DNA of 64,000 bases from the human T2T-CHM13v2.0 reference genome, Homo sapiens. The stretch lies in NCBI RefSeq assembly GCF_009914755.1, contig NC_060931.1; one strand, written 5' to 3'. This document shows, piece by piece, positions 1-12,588 of the stretch; within the stretch, counting starts at the first letter, position 1, and the number at the start of each line of letters is the position of its first letter. The notes beneath the pieces are model-generated. The model was not told where the DNA came from. It saw nothing but the letters and a program-made list of their open reading frames with translations, and ran no database searches. The position numbers were made by a program, and so were the translations under genes.

Positions 1-573
1 ATTAACAAGAGATTAGTGACAAAAGAAATTACTTTGGGGGAGTCCATTGATCTTTGCCTTCTAAAATTTATAAGCTGCTTTATATAATTGTCCATGATTG
101 CCTTCTTTACCCTCATCATCAACTTCCACATATGAAAAAGTAACAAGAATGGGGACTGAGAAGAAATAGTAAGATGGTTCAGACTGAACGAAGCCATTCA
201 GTTTTTATACGTGTGTGTGATTATTTCACTATAAACTCTGCTTCCATGACTAAAATCATCACAATTACCAAGCAACGGCTTTATCCCAGAGTTACTTTAG
301 AACAAAAAAGAAGGCATTTGTCATGCAGTGGCATATCTCGGGGACAGCTCACCCCTGTGAACCATGTCTGCCCTTTCTTCCTCCTTCTTTTAATTAACAT
401 TTGGAAAAGAACAGTGATGTTAGCAGATAGCAGAGCTGGGAAGGGAGACTCAGAAAGTGATGTGAGCTTTGTCAATCTTCAACCTTGCCAAGGAGGACAC
501 ATTAAAGTGTTTTTCATGGAAAATCAGGCTTTGTCAACACAAATTCAAAGCAATGTGACCTTGACGGATGGAG

Positions 574-597
574 ATATATATATATATATATATATAT
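574..597. repeat. (AT)n microsatellite
   Basis: About 12 uninterrupted AT units, roughly 135 nt into the intron downstream of the exon donor. Confidence 0.95.
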
Positions 598-732
598 GCA
601 TGCTAAGTAAGAATAGCACAGACTGAAGCATCTTTAGAGAATATAAGTGAACCAAATAAAAGGAGGAAAAGCATCCTAAAAGAAGATGTTAAATCCAGGA
701 AAAAGTTGTCAAGTGTATTTCCTTCTACTTAC

Positions 733-1668
733 CTTTTCTGCTGACTGGGCTGTACCAAAAAAGATGGGGATGAAAGCTAACCAAATGATGCAGGTGGTAT
801 ACATGGTAAATCCAATAGGTTTGGCTTCATTGAAAGTCTCTGGGACACCTCTCGTTTTAATGGCATAAACAGTACAAGTGACCATCAAGAGGATACTGTA
901 TCCAAGTGAACAAATGAGTGAGAGATCAGAAATGTCACACTTGAGCACTCCCCTGGCCTTCTCTGGATCTAGTGTCCGCTGCTCTCCATAGTCAATGATG
1001 ATGTGGGGGGGATCCACAACAAACCAGACAAACACTCCAAGGAGCTGGACGGAGATGAGGCTGAAGGTGATCACCAGCTGAGATGCTGGACTAATGAACT
1101 TGGGCGCTGTGACAGATTTCTTCCCCTGCTCAAATATTCGGTGGATACGGTTTGTTTTGGTCAGAAGGGCTGCATAGCTGAAACACATGCCAAGTCCTAG
1201 GAAGACCCGTCGGAAGGAGCATATGATTGTATCTGGTGCTGCAATCATTAAAAACGTGATTGAATAACAGAGAAAAATCCCCGTTAGGAGCACGTAACTA
1301 AGTTCGCGTCCTGAAGCCCTCACGATAGGTGTGTCATTATAGCGGACAAAGGTCACGATCACAAAGGTGGTGGCGATGATTCCCAATATTGCAACAAACA
1401 CAGGCACCACAGCCCAGGGAGAATGCCACTCCAATTTGATGATGGGGATAAGCTGGCAGCCTGTGCGGTTCATGTTGGGTCTCTGATCCAGAGGGCAAAG
1501 TTCACAGGACAGCTCATCCACCTGGTAGTTGTAACCTTCACAGCGTTCACAGTGCCAGCAGCAAGGGACCCCTTTCACCGTTTTCTTCCTCTCCCCTGGC
1601 TTACACGGCAGGCTGCAGACAGACGCCGGGTGAGTATGTTCTCTATGAGCCCACTGCATGTCTTCCAC
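733..1668 (-). CDS. GRM8: Internal coding exon (936 nt, 312 codons, phase 0-0) of metabotropic glutamate receptor 8: cysteine-rich domain plus TM1-TM6
   Basis: The ORF 709..1668 translates to [22 protein letters not shown]...CCWHCERC...(TM helices)...KTNRIHRIF...[37 protein letters not shown], the group III mGluR signature matching mGluR8 as I recall it. On the minus strand the acceptor is ...tatacccacAG|GTG (AG at 1670-1669) and the donor is AAG|GTAAGT (GT at 732-731). The 'M' start in the track is really GTG/Val at the exon boundary, and the tail VSRRKYT* is intronic read-through. Confidence 0.97.
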
Positions 1669-2910
1669 CTGTGGGTATAAAAAATTAATGAGCCTTCCAT
1701 TTTTCCCCCATTTATAATATCCTAATCCTAGCCACGGGTTTGTAATGAATCACAGAATGCTGACAGTACAAATACAGTTTACCATAATAAGAGTCTCGTT
1801 TTTTTTCCCCTGATATTGACTTTATGAAAGTGTTAAGTGACTGGATCCAATATATCATTCACCTCATCAACTTGATGAGTGTCATTAGTTTCCATTTACC
1901 TCCTCATTGCTGACCAATGTGACATCTGGAGAGAGATTTATTGGTCAAAACAGTTTTAAAACTAAAAAAAATAAAATACAAAAAAATAATAAGAAGCCCC
2001 GTAGAAAGATGCTTTAGAGTTAATCACAAATATAAATGCCAGAATCCCTGAAACACTGGGTTAGGATATAAACATATATAAAAGATGATCCATGTCTTTC
2101 TACCATACTTAGGGAAATTCAAATCACACTGCATCAATTTTGAAAGGAAATGGAAAAATGAGTTAATCTCTGACTTTCCTCATGTGTTCATGGAGATAAC
2201 TATATTAATGTGTTTTGCCCCTGTTTAGGCTTGAAATATCCTTTTTTTCTTCAGTCTTGCATTTCCATGTTGTGCAAAACACCATGCTGAATGAGATAAC
2301 TTGATGGTAATGTTTTTTTTACTGAACGAAAGTGGCCCTATGGTGATTTAAAGCAGGGAAATTAGTACAAATGAGATTTTCCCCACTTTGCTTAGTATCG
2401 CTTCAGGGCCTTAAAATCCAACCTTATGCTTTCAGGTTAAATCATAGAATAACTCTATCGAGATACAAGCAGTTCGTGAAAGAGACAGCACCAATCATTG
2501 ATCTCTTACCTTTAATTTGCTTTTCTTATTAGACACAGTAATTTTGGCAGAATGCTAATAGGACAAAACTGAAAATTACAGATGACGGGAGACCACTTAC
2601 TATGAAAAGCAGCTACTATAAAAGGTAAGCTCTATGAAGTGAGTAATTTTTTCACTGGTGTGAACAAACAGTGACTGGCATACAATTTGCCCTCGATACA
2701 TATTTGTTGAATTCATGAGGGAGAAAGGATGGGAAAGGCACTAGAGCAGAGCCCTGAGGAATAAGGAGACAGCTTGGAAGTACTGGGATATGGAAATAGA
2801 GGGTACTCAAGAGGCACAGCAAAGGGAGATGAAGGAATGTTTCAGAAAAAAAGAACAACTTATTTTCATAAGTTCGCCTTTACTAATAATCCAAAAGAAT
2901 TACTATACTG

Positions 2911-3865
2911 TGTGGTAGTCAGTCTCCACCGTGGCCCCCAATAACCTCACTTCTGAAAATTGATGTACTCCTGTGGCCCGCTGCCACTTTGAATAGGGCT
3001 AGTCTGTGTAAACAATAGTATATTCCAGAAATGATGATACGTCTCTTCTGAGGCCAGGTCATAAAAGGCATTTTGGTTTCGGCCTTGCTCTCTGCTGGAT
3101 AATTCACTCGAGTGGAAGCACTCCAGTGTCACTGATGCAGGACAGACGAGCCCCAAAGTGGGACCAAGCCTGCCAGAATTCTTGGCTCCACCCAGGAAAG
3201 AATTCAAGGGCAAGCTGATGGTGGTTAGAAGAAAACAGCTTTATTGAAGCAGCAATTATAGCTCCATGACTGTTCCTGCAGAGCAGGAGCAGCAGGCAGA
3301 GAGCAGCAGCTCAGGGCAGTTCTGCAATTGTGTTTATACCTACTTTCAATTGCATGCAGAGTAAGGGGTGGATTATGCAGAAATTTCTAGGAAAAAGGTA
3401 ATAACTACTAGGTTGCAGGTCGCTGCCATGGAAAGAGGCTGTAACTGCCATGGCAATGGTGGGCATGTCTTACGGGAAGCTGCTTCTGTCCTGTCCCTGT
3501 TTTAGCTAGTCCTCAGTTTGGTCCAGTGTCCAAGTCCCACCTCCAGAGCCAAGTCCCTCCTACCTCATCATGAAAACTCTCAGCAGCCCTGTGGAAAGAA
3601 TGGAGGCCTCCTGTCCACAACAAGCACCAACTTCCCATGCGTGTGAAGGAGCCACCTAGAAAGTCATCATCTGGCTCCAGTCAAGCCTTCAGGTGACATC
3701 TGAATGACATCTTGAATACAAACTCATGAGAGACCCTGAGCCAGGAAAACACAGCTAACCTGTTCCTGAATTTCTGATTTACGGAAATGTTGTGAGATGA
3801 TGTTTATTGTTTTAAACTGCTACATTTTGGAGTTATTTGTTCTGCAACAACAGAAAATGAATGCA
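2911..3865 (+). mobile_element. MaLR solo LTR, MLT1F-like, split by a MER66 insertion
   Basis: Starts tgtggtag...gtggccccca; contains ggtcataaaag, caagccttcaggtgac and catgagagaccctgagccag; ends ...tttgttctgcaacaacagaaaatgaatgca, matching MLT1F motifs. Confidence 0.8.
3133..3567 (-). mobile_element. ERV1 solo LTR, MER66-like
   Basis: TG...CA termini (tgatgcagg ... cctacctca). Internal motifs ccaggaaagaattcaaggg, ttatgcagaaatttctag and tgccatggcaatgg. 4-bp TSD tcac (3129-3132) / tcat (3568-3571). Confidence 0.8.
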
Positions 3866-5274
3866 GCTCAAATTAAACTTAGCTACTTGGTGGCCACTTT
3901 CATTTTAATATCAGTGTAGTTATCTATCCAGAAGGCACACCCAGGGACAGCGACTGTATACTTCCAAAGCAGCCCGAAGTATGTAGCTTTAGCAATATTC
4001 CTTCATCATTCTTATGGTGGCTTACTCTTTGACAATCAGGTGACTGAAATCGTTCTCATGAACAATTACTTAAGAATGCTTTCCTTTCTTGAATCTAGGG
4101 TGAATGGTTGAGGCCAGAGAACTGTAGTCTTCAAGCTCTATCCTTTTAGAGGGCTGTCGAATCTCCTCAGAGTAGAGACTTTGTGTCTTTAATTTCAGAT
4201 ATCCTCCCTTGAGAAAGTAGATGCTACTTCATCTGTCATATGTCATCAGGGCATTTGAGACTATTAGATCTATCCTGTCAGCTCACTACAAAGGAAATGT
4301 AATCTATTATAACCCTCTAGTTTCTTATTGGGTTTTAATGACTTAAAAATATTATATTTTATTTACTTATAAGATTACAGGAAGAAAGAAATAAAGGTAA
4401 ATGGAAGCACACAGTGATTTCTTTCAAAAATACTGAGAAAAAAAATGAAATGCTCCACTGGGTGCTTCAGGAATTAACTTTACAACCTAAGGGACTCATA
4501 AGATAAGAAAATACATTTTTGAAGGTTATATTTAAAAGCTAATTACTATAGAAACAAAATTGCATTTTGTTGGGAACTTCCATAGATTTACAGTGTTCCT
4601 GCTCAAAAAACACAAAACAAAACAAAACAAAACAAAAAATGAAAAACAGCAAAAAAAAATTGGAAACATTAAACTTCAAGAAACCTTAAAGGTCAGTTTC
4701 TCTAACCACATGTCGGAAGCTTTAATTCTCAATATGCTTTACTTCTCAGAACAACATAAGATGTGTTAAAAAAGAAATGTACCTATACTCGGTAGGTTTC
4801 ATTACATAGGATAACTATTTATCATTATAAGCTAAATGTGAAATTTTCCTTGCCAATTTTTTAATGTTTTGAACCAATGAAAAAACGTTTTTCATAAATT
4901 AAAAATAAAGTTGTAAGAATATGAAAAATACCAGTTTTTTAACAGCTATGAATTTTCTTTAAGTAAAAAAATAAGCAATATGTGTAACATTTTTATTATA
5001 AAGGAGACTGTAATGTTATAGTTTACAGATTATGTTTTAATAAATATGTTAAATATGCATGCTAAATATGCATGACTTAATTTTCATCAAGGAATCTTTG
5101 TTAAACTATGCTGTGAATTGATTTCATAGCTAAAGTCTGAAAACCAACTAGTATCCACTTCAAGAAAGGACAAATAACAAATGCTTGAACAAGGATCTTA
5201 CAAATACAGTAATATTTGAGACTAACAACTTATTTTACATAGTTGCTAAATGATGATTAAAACCAACACTATTT

Positions 5275-5588
<314 letters not shown>

Positions 5589-6952
5589 CACTATTTGAAA
5601 GTGAAAACTGCCTAATTTCCACAACTGTTACAAAGCATAAACAAAGATTATTCAACCCTGTTTATTGCTATATTAACAAATTATACCATCTTTCATTATA
5701 AGTATAAAGAGATGCCTTAACCATATATTTTTAAAATTTGCCTTCCTCACCTTTGGTATTATTCTGTTATTAAGACGTTTTCAGTCTGAAATACATGGTA
5801 TAACAAATGGAGGATAGTTATATAGATAGATCTTCCAGGGACAAAAAAATGGCCCATTCTTATCTTGACAATGTTTACCAATAGTGATTTATTCAATAGG
5901 TTTCAATCCAGTGCATTTCAGAAAATGTAAGTCATCAGCTGGTTTCTGCTGTCAAATCCTGTTATTATTGCAGACAAGTACACAAAGAATCGTGAAACCA
6001 AAGTTTCCGGGTGAGTGTGCTTACATTTTTAAATTTTCAATCTTTTCAGAAAAGTCAACTAGGAGTACTGTTTTATAAACTCTTTAAGAAGAATATAATT
6101 TTTAGAGAATAATTTTCTTCTGTATAGTTTTAATAACTCCTGAAGAAAGGATTACAAGAATGATTACAAGAATGTTGAACAAGTAAAATCCCCATTATAA
6201 TTAATAATTTTCAGTCTTCATTACAGAACTCTCAATCTAATATCTCTAATACAATGTTTTTCCTAAATATCAAGTGGTATTTTTTTAATGTGCTTACCAT
6301 ATACAGGATGTGGGAAAATTTTAAATACATTGTTTACAGATAACTGATACTTAGTCATACCATTCTTAACACATTTCCTCTTGCTCTACATGTAATAATT
6401 TTGTTAATTATTATTAATTAATAATTATTTTGTTGACTAGTTTGACACCTCGATATTCAAAACTCAATATTTCTGACTTAAGTAATGGAAGACTGCACGT
6501 GCAATTACTTCCAGAGACACTAATGATTATTTTTAAACCATTACTCATTAAATTTCATATAAATGCATACAATCTGCATGGGTACTTAAAATTTTAAACT
6601 TTAGTACCATATTTTGCATATCACATGATTCACACATGAATGAGTACATGTTGCACAGTTAATCTGATAACAGAATATAAAATTATGTAATTATATGCAT
6701 TATATGTGTCTCTCTATATATATATTTCTTAATATTCTGCATTTCCTTTGAGTCATGTACAGCTTTAAGTGACCACAAAGAAAACAATATTTATCTCTTC
6801 TTCAAAGTGGCCCGTGTCCTTTGAAAAATCTAATATGCTTGAGATGATTCCCAAGCTGAAATCCTGTTTTTTTGTGATGTTCCAGATCTATATAACCTTT
6901 AAAAGTGCGAAGACTTCTCCTATTTTAAAGACAATTTAAAATAAAATTAAGG

Positions 6953-8728
6953 AAAAAATTTCATTTACATTAACACCAAAAATAAAATACTTAGTGATAA
7001 ACTTAGTAAAAGAAGCACATGACTTATCCAGGAAAAACTACAAAACATCATTGAAAAAAAGTGAAAAAAAAAGTATAAATAGTTGAAAAGAAATCCTGTG
7101 TTTATGAATCAGATGATTTACTATTGCTAAGATAGCAATATTTCCCACATTGATCTGCATACATATTCAACACAATCCCAGTCAAAATCTCAGCTGGCTC
7201 CTTCACTGAAATTGATCATCTGATCCTAAAATTTATATGGAAATATAAGGGACCCAGAATAGCCAAAATTTTGAAAGCAAAGAATAAAGATGGAGTATTC
7301 ACATTTCCTCATTTTAAAACTTATTACAAAGAATGTCATAATCAAGACAACATAGTACAGGCATAATAATAAACAAATTAGTGGCATAGACTAGAGAGTC
7401 CAGAAATAAACCTCATACACATTTATAATATAAACGTGTATGTTCACGTTATTTTTGACAAGATACAAAGAAAATTCAATAAAGAATTTTTTTTTTCAAA
7501 AAATGATGCCAAAATAACTGGATATCCATATGCAAAATAATGAAGTTATACACCTACCTCACACTGTATATAAAAATTAACTCAAAAAGGATCCAAGACA
7601 CAATGCAACAACTAAAACTTAAAAACTCATAGAAGAAAACAGGAGTAAATCTCTGTGACCTTGTGTTAGGCAGTGTTTTTTAGACATGACACCAAAAGCA
7701 GAAGCAACAACAACAAAAAAAATAAATTGCACTTCATCTATGTTAAATAATTGTGTGGGTCAAGAGACACCACCAAGATTGTTAGAAGACAACCCACAGG
7801 ATAGGCAAAAATATGTTCAAGTCATTATTATCTCTAATAAGGGATTTGTATCCAGAATATATTTTTTAAAAACTGTTAAAATTCAACAGTTAAAAGACCA
7901 ATAATCCAATTACAAATGAGCCAATAAATTGAATAGACATGTCCCAAAGAAGATATACAAATTGTCAATAGTGCACGAAAATATACCTAACATTATTAGC
8001 TATCAGGGAAATCTAAATCAAAACCAGTGCACCAACTAGGACTATTATAATAAAAAATAAAGACAATAGCAAGTGTTGATAAAGATGTGGATGAAGACAT
8101 TTGGAATTCTTTGCATTGCTGTGGCAATGTAAAATGGTACTGTAGCTTTGGAAAATTTGACAATTCCTTAGAAAGCTAAACATAGGGTTTTGATATGACC
8201 TAGCAATTCCACTTCTAGGTATATACCAAAGATAGTTAAAAACATATGTTCCCACAAAAATTTGTGTATAAATGTTCATAACAGGATTATTCATAATACC
8301 CCCCAAAACCAGAAACAACCCAAATGACCAGTAACTGATGAAAGGATAAAAAATGTGGTATATCTATATTACTTAGCAATCAAAAGGAATAGTGTATTGA
8401 CACCTACTACAAAATGGATGGACCTTGAAAACATTACACTAAGAAATGAAAGCAGCTAATCACAAAATACTAATATTGCATGTTTTTATTTTATATATAA
8501 CATCCAGAATAGGCAAATCCATTGAATTCCAGGAGCTAGGGGGAAGGAAATAGAGAATGACCACTAAAGGGTATGGGATTTCTTGGATGATGATGAAAAT
8601 GAACTAAACTTAGATATTGGTGATGGATGTGCAACACTGTGAATATACGAAGAACCACTGAATTGCATACTTTGAAAGAGATCATTTTTGGCGTGTAAGT
8701 TATCTCTATAAAGCTGTTATTTAAAAAA
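6953..8728 (+). mobile_element. 5'-truncated old LINE-1 (L1MB7/8-like): ORF2 3' part and 3'UTR
   Basis: Degenerate ORF2 motifs (gagagtccagaaataaacc, gacctagcaattccacttctaggtatatacc) and 3' end ...ccactgaattgcatactttg...tatctctataaagctgtt plus A tail. Confidence 0.85.
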
Positions 8729-8849
8729 TGTGGAGACTATTTAAGTAGATATTTTCAAGTGGTTTTAAGACTCAGTCCTATAATGCTGTACAAAAACATA
8801 GTCCATGCCCATTTTGTTTAAGGCACAAAGTTCAATGTGAGAATTCAAC

Positions 8850-9470
8850 AAGACCAAGACATGGTTCTTGCCCTCCAGACACAACGTAGATGGGGAGAGA
8901 AAAAAACAAAGGCCAATCACAGCTCACAGTGAGTCTCCCTTACAGAAGGATGAGGAAATGGAACTGCTAGAGGAGCACACAGCAGGACCACGAAGCCCAG
9001 GGTTCATGGATGTGCAGACAGCAGTCTGGAGGTTGCACAGGAGACAAGGCACAGAAGAGGAGCTCAACAGCACATCAGGCAAAAAACAAAATTACTAATA
9101 TATAGTTTCAAAAAGCCTTGACAAACTGGAGGAACTAAAAGTATTAAGAATAGCAGGAAGGTAGATAAAAGCAGTGGATGGAGTAGCAAGAAACAGGCCA
9201 GGAAAGAGGGTACATGTGAGATCATGAAGGGCCTTGTGAGCCATTGAGAGGAGTTTGGATGCCATCCTGAAGGTAGTTGGGATCTTCCATAGGGATATAG
9301 CCAGGATAAAGATGATGAGTCACGTTTTAGAATCTCTGGACTGTAGCGTAGAAAGAAGACTGCAGGAGTCCAAGACTAGAGAGAAGTCAGTCACGCTGAG
9401 GCTGTTGCGGAATTCCAGATGAAAGATGATGACAGGAATCTGAGGAATGGCAATGGCCATGGGAAAAATG
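8850..9470 (-). mobile_element. LINE-2 relic
   Basis: tcatgaagggccttgtgagccattgagaggagtttggat..., typical of antisense L2. Boundaries approximate. Confidence 0.6.
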
Positions 9471-9627
9471 TGAGTATTCTATCAGCTGCTTCTTCAAGGA
9501 CCATCTAAATTTGTTAGATACAGATTATCAGGTACAAAGGTACATACAAGAAAGATTCCTGGAGCTAAGAGCTACTTGAGATCGTAGCATTCTAATCACC
9601 AAATACTTCGTTAGTGCTAAGGAATTC

Positions 9628-10008
9628 TGTTATGGGTTGAATTGTGTACCTCCCAAAATTCATATGTTGAAGTCTTATCCCTCAATATCTCAGAATGTGA
9701 CTGTATTTGGAGACAGAATCTTTAAAGAGGTAATTAAAGTAAAATAAGATTACTAGGGTGGGACATTATCCAATATAACTGATGTTTTTACAAGAAGACA
9801 GAATTAGGACACAGGCATGAATAGAGGGAAGGCCATGGAATGGCACAAGGAGAAAACCATCTAAAAGTCAAGGAGAGAGGCCTCAGAGAAAAACAACTAT
9901 GCCAACATCTTGGACTTCTGGCCTCCAGAACTATGAGAAAATAAATTTCTGTTATTTAAGCCACCCAGTCTGTGGTACTTTGTTATGGCAACCCTAGAAA
10001 ACTAATTT
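9628..10008 (+). mobile_element. MaLR solo LTR, MLT1B-like
   Basis: tgttatgggttgaattgtgt...cagaatgtgactgtatttggaga...ggcctccagaactatgagaaaataaatttctgttatttaagccacccagtctgtggtactttgttatggca. Confidence 0.88.
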
Positions 10009-10109
10009 AGGCTCTAAAGGGTCGGCATTTGTATTACTAAAGCATAGTCAAAAGATACCTCATTTGTCAGCTAATAAACGTGGATTTTTACTAGGGACTG
10101 TACATACAG

Positions 10110-12030
10110 AAAGGAATAAAACAGTTTCTTCTTTCATAGAATCACAGTCCAGGGAACAGAAAGTCAATTAATCAGTAATGATTATAAAAATTACAAGTGA
10201 TGTTAAAGAGTCATGCAAAGGATACTAGGGGAACATAGAGCTGGGGCACTTCAGCATCAGCACAGGGGTAAAAAGTTTCTCAGGGGAGGTGAGACTGCCT
10301 TGAAAGATAAAATGGAACTGGAGAAGACAAAGAAAGGCATTTCAGGTTGGATGAATCCTATAAGCAAATGTACATTGTAATCACTGTAAGCAATATGGCA
10401 TGATTAGAACATGGTGTGTATCAATACAAGACAGTCAGTGACCATATAACGAAGGGCTTTGTAAGCAGCATCTAGTTTCCAGACTTTATTCTTTAAAGCT
10501 GTGGTGAGTAATTAAAGGACTTTTAGGCAAATATATGACATGATAGTATTATTTTTTAATTTTAGAGAAATCACTGTGGTGACAGATCAGAGGGAGGATG
10601 GCAGAGAAGCAAGAATATGAATTAGAGAAATATTGCCATAATGTCAGGCAAAGCAAGACTTTGCGAATTATGTCTAAGTGGTGGTGATGAAGAAGATAGG
10701 ATAGATTTGAGATACAGTAAAGACAACAGAGATCATGGTAGAGTAAGGGCAAAAGATGAATGAAAAGATGGGATCTAGTTTTCTGATTTGACATCCATCC
10801 TTAGTGTTTCACTTCTTTCCACTGCATACATAAATCCAATAAACCAGCCTACATGGACATCTATGCATGATCTTGTCCCTGTCTAACTCCCAGGCAATGC
10901 GCAACCATCATTTAGCAATCCTCCTTAGTCCTTTTAGTGTTCTTCCATGGACTTTTACAGTACATGATTATGTATTTGTTTGATTTTATTTTTATTTTAA
11001 AAAGTGGGCTTTAAATTTTAGGTTATATTCCTAAGAATCACTTAAGGGTTTACTTAAAATGCATATTTCTCGTTCTTAGAGATTACAACTCATAGGTTTG
11101 AGAAAGAACCCTATGTTGGCATGTTTAAAAGAATCCCTCCTTCCTCTAGTGATTCTGACACATGCAAGTAATGAACTGTACTTTGCTAAGCCACTAATTA
11201 AAAGTTTATTTTCCTAAGAAGAGTAGAAGTCAGGTCTGATTTTCCACCACTGTGTTCCAGATCCTAACATCATGACTAAGACCTAATAGGCATCAATAAC
11301 TATTTTTGAATGAATGAAGAAAGACTAAAATGCCATGTGAATAGGTAGTGGTATCCTTCACTGAAAAGGGGCGTACAAGGGAATGACTGGTTTTGAAAGG
11401 CCGATCATGACTTAGTTCATGGGTTTGTGAGCCAAGTGTGCCTAGAGGTAAAGATTTCAAAGGCACAGGTATATGCAAGGCAATTGAGGTCATGAATATT
11501 TATGAGAGAGCTCTCTCCCACAGACATGATGAAAAATACAAAGAGAAGATGGCACAAATGGATCACTGGAAAGAGTCAATTTAAGAAGCACACTCAGGAA
11601 GACCAGTGGAAAACGATGTAAAAACATGATCAAATGGTAACTAGGGAAGAATCTAGTCCACAGTGCAAGAGGCCAATCAAATAGTTAATTTCAGGAATGA
11701 TGAAGTAGTTGGCAATGTATGAAGACAGTAATATTTCATAACCATAGGATTTGAAAATTTAGGGGCCTTGGTTACCTTCATGAGATAAGTTTTCTGTGAA
11801 GTCTCTCTTATCTACTTTGCTCCAGACAGGTAGATATGTTCCTCCTCTGTATTTCATCCTCCTCCAAGACATATTTTTATTGTAACACTTTGGCATTATA
11901 TGGTGATTATCTGTTGATGTGTTTATTTCCCCACCAGACTGACAGCACATTAATCTCAAGGACCACCCAACCCCTATATAAGACTTAGGACTTAGTAGGA
12001 GTTCCATGTTTGATAAATATATAACTTGAT
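10110..12030. mobile_element. Cluster of LINE-2 fragments in both orientations with a MER5-like piece (~11030-11190)
   Basis: L2 3' end ...gcatcaataactatttttgaatgaatgaa near 11290-11320; antisense L2 motifs at 10440-10790; MER5-like taagaatcacttaagggtttacttaaaatgca. Confidence 0.55.
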
Positions 12031-12282
12031 TAATAAATAGAACATGTGATAAACTAGTCTATGACTAGAAATGTATAACTTCTCTCTATTTAGTGTTTTG
12101 AGTAGGCCTGGCTTTAGGCAGTAGGCAGATGGGAGTACTAAACTTATCGTTTCCTAAATCTGTGTGGTCTCTAGATTATGTCATCCGCAGCTTCAGAGAA
12201 GCTAATTTTGAGGAGACTAAGTACCCTGACCGCATACCTCACAAGGATGTTTGGAAGACCTAACAAATTAATATTTTGAAAG

Positions 12283-12588
<306 letters not shown>

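Noticed and set aside
174-626. 150-aa plus-strand ORF antisense to GRM8
   Set aside because: No recognisable domain, and it runs through an (AT)n microsatellite (IYIYIY). Consistent with chance.
686-1680. Short plus-strand ORFs overlapping the exon
   Set aside because: Shadow ORFs produced by codon bias on the opposite strand of a real coding exon.
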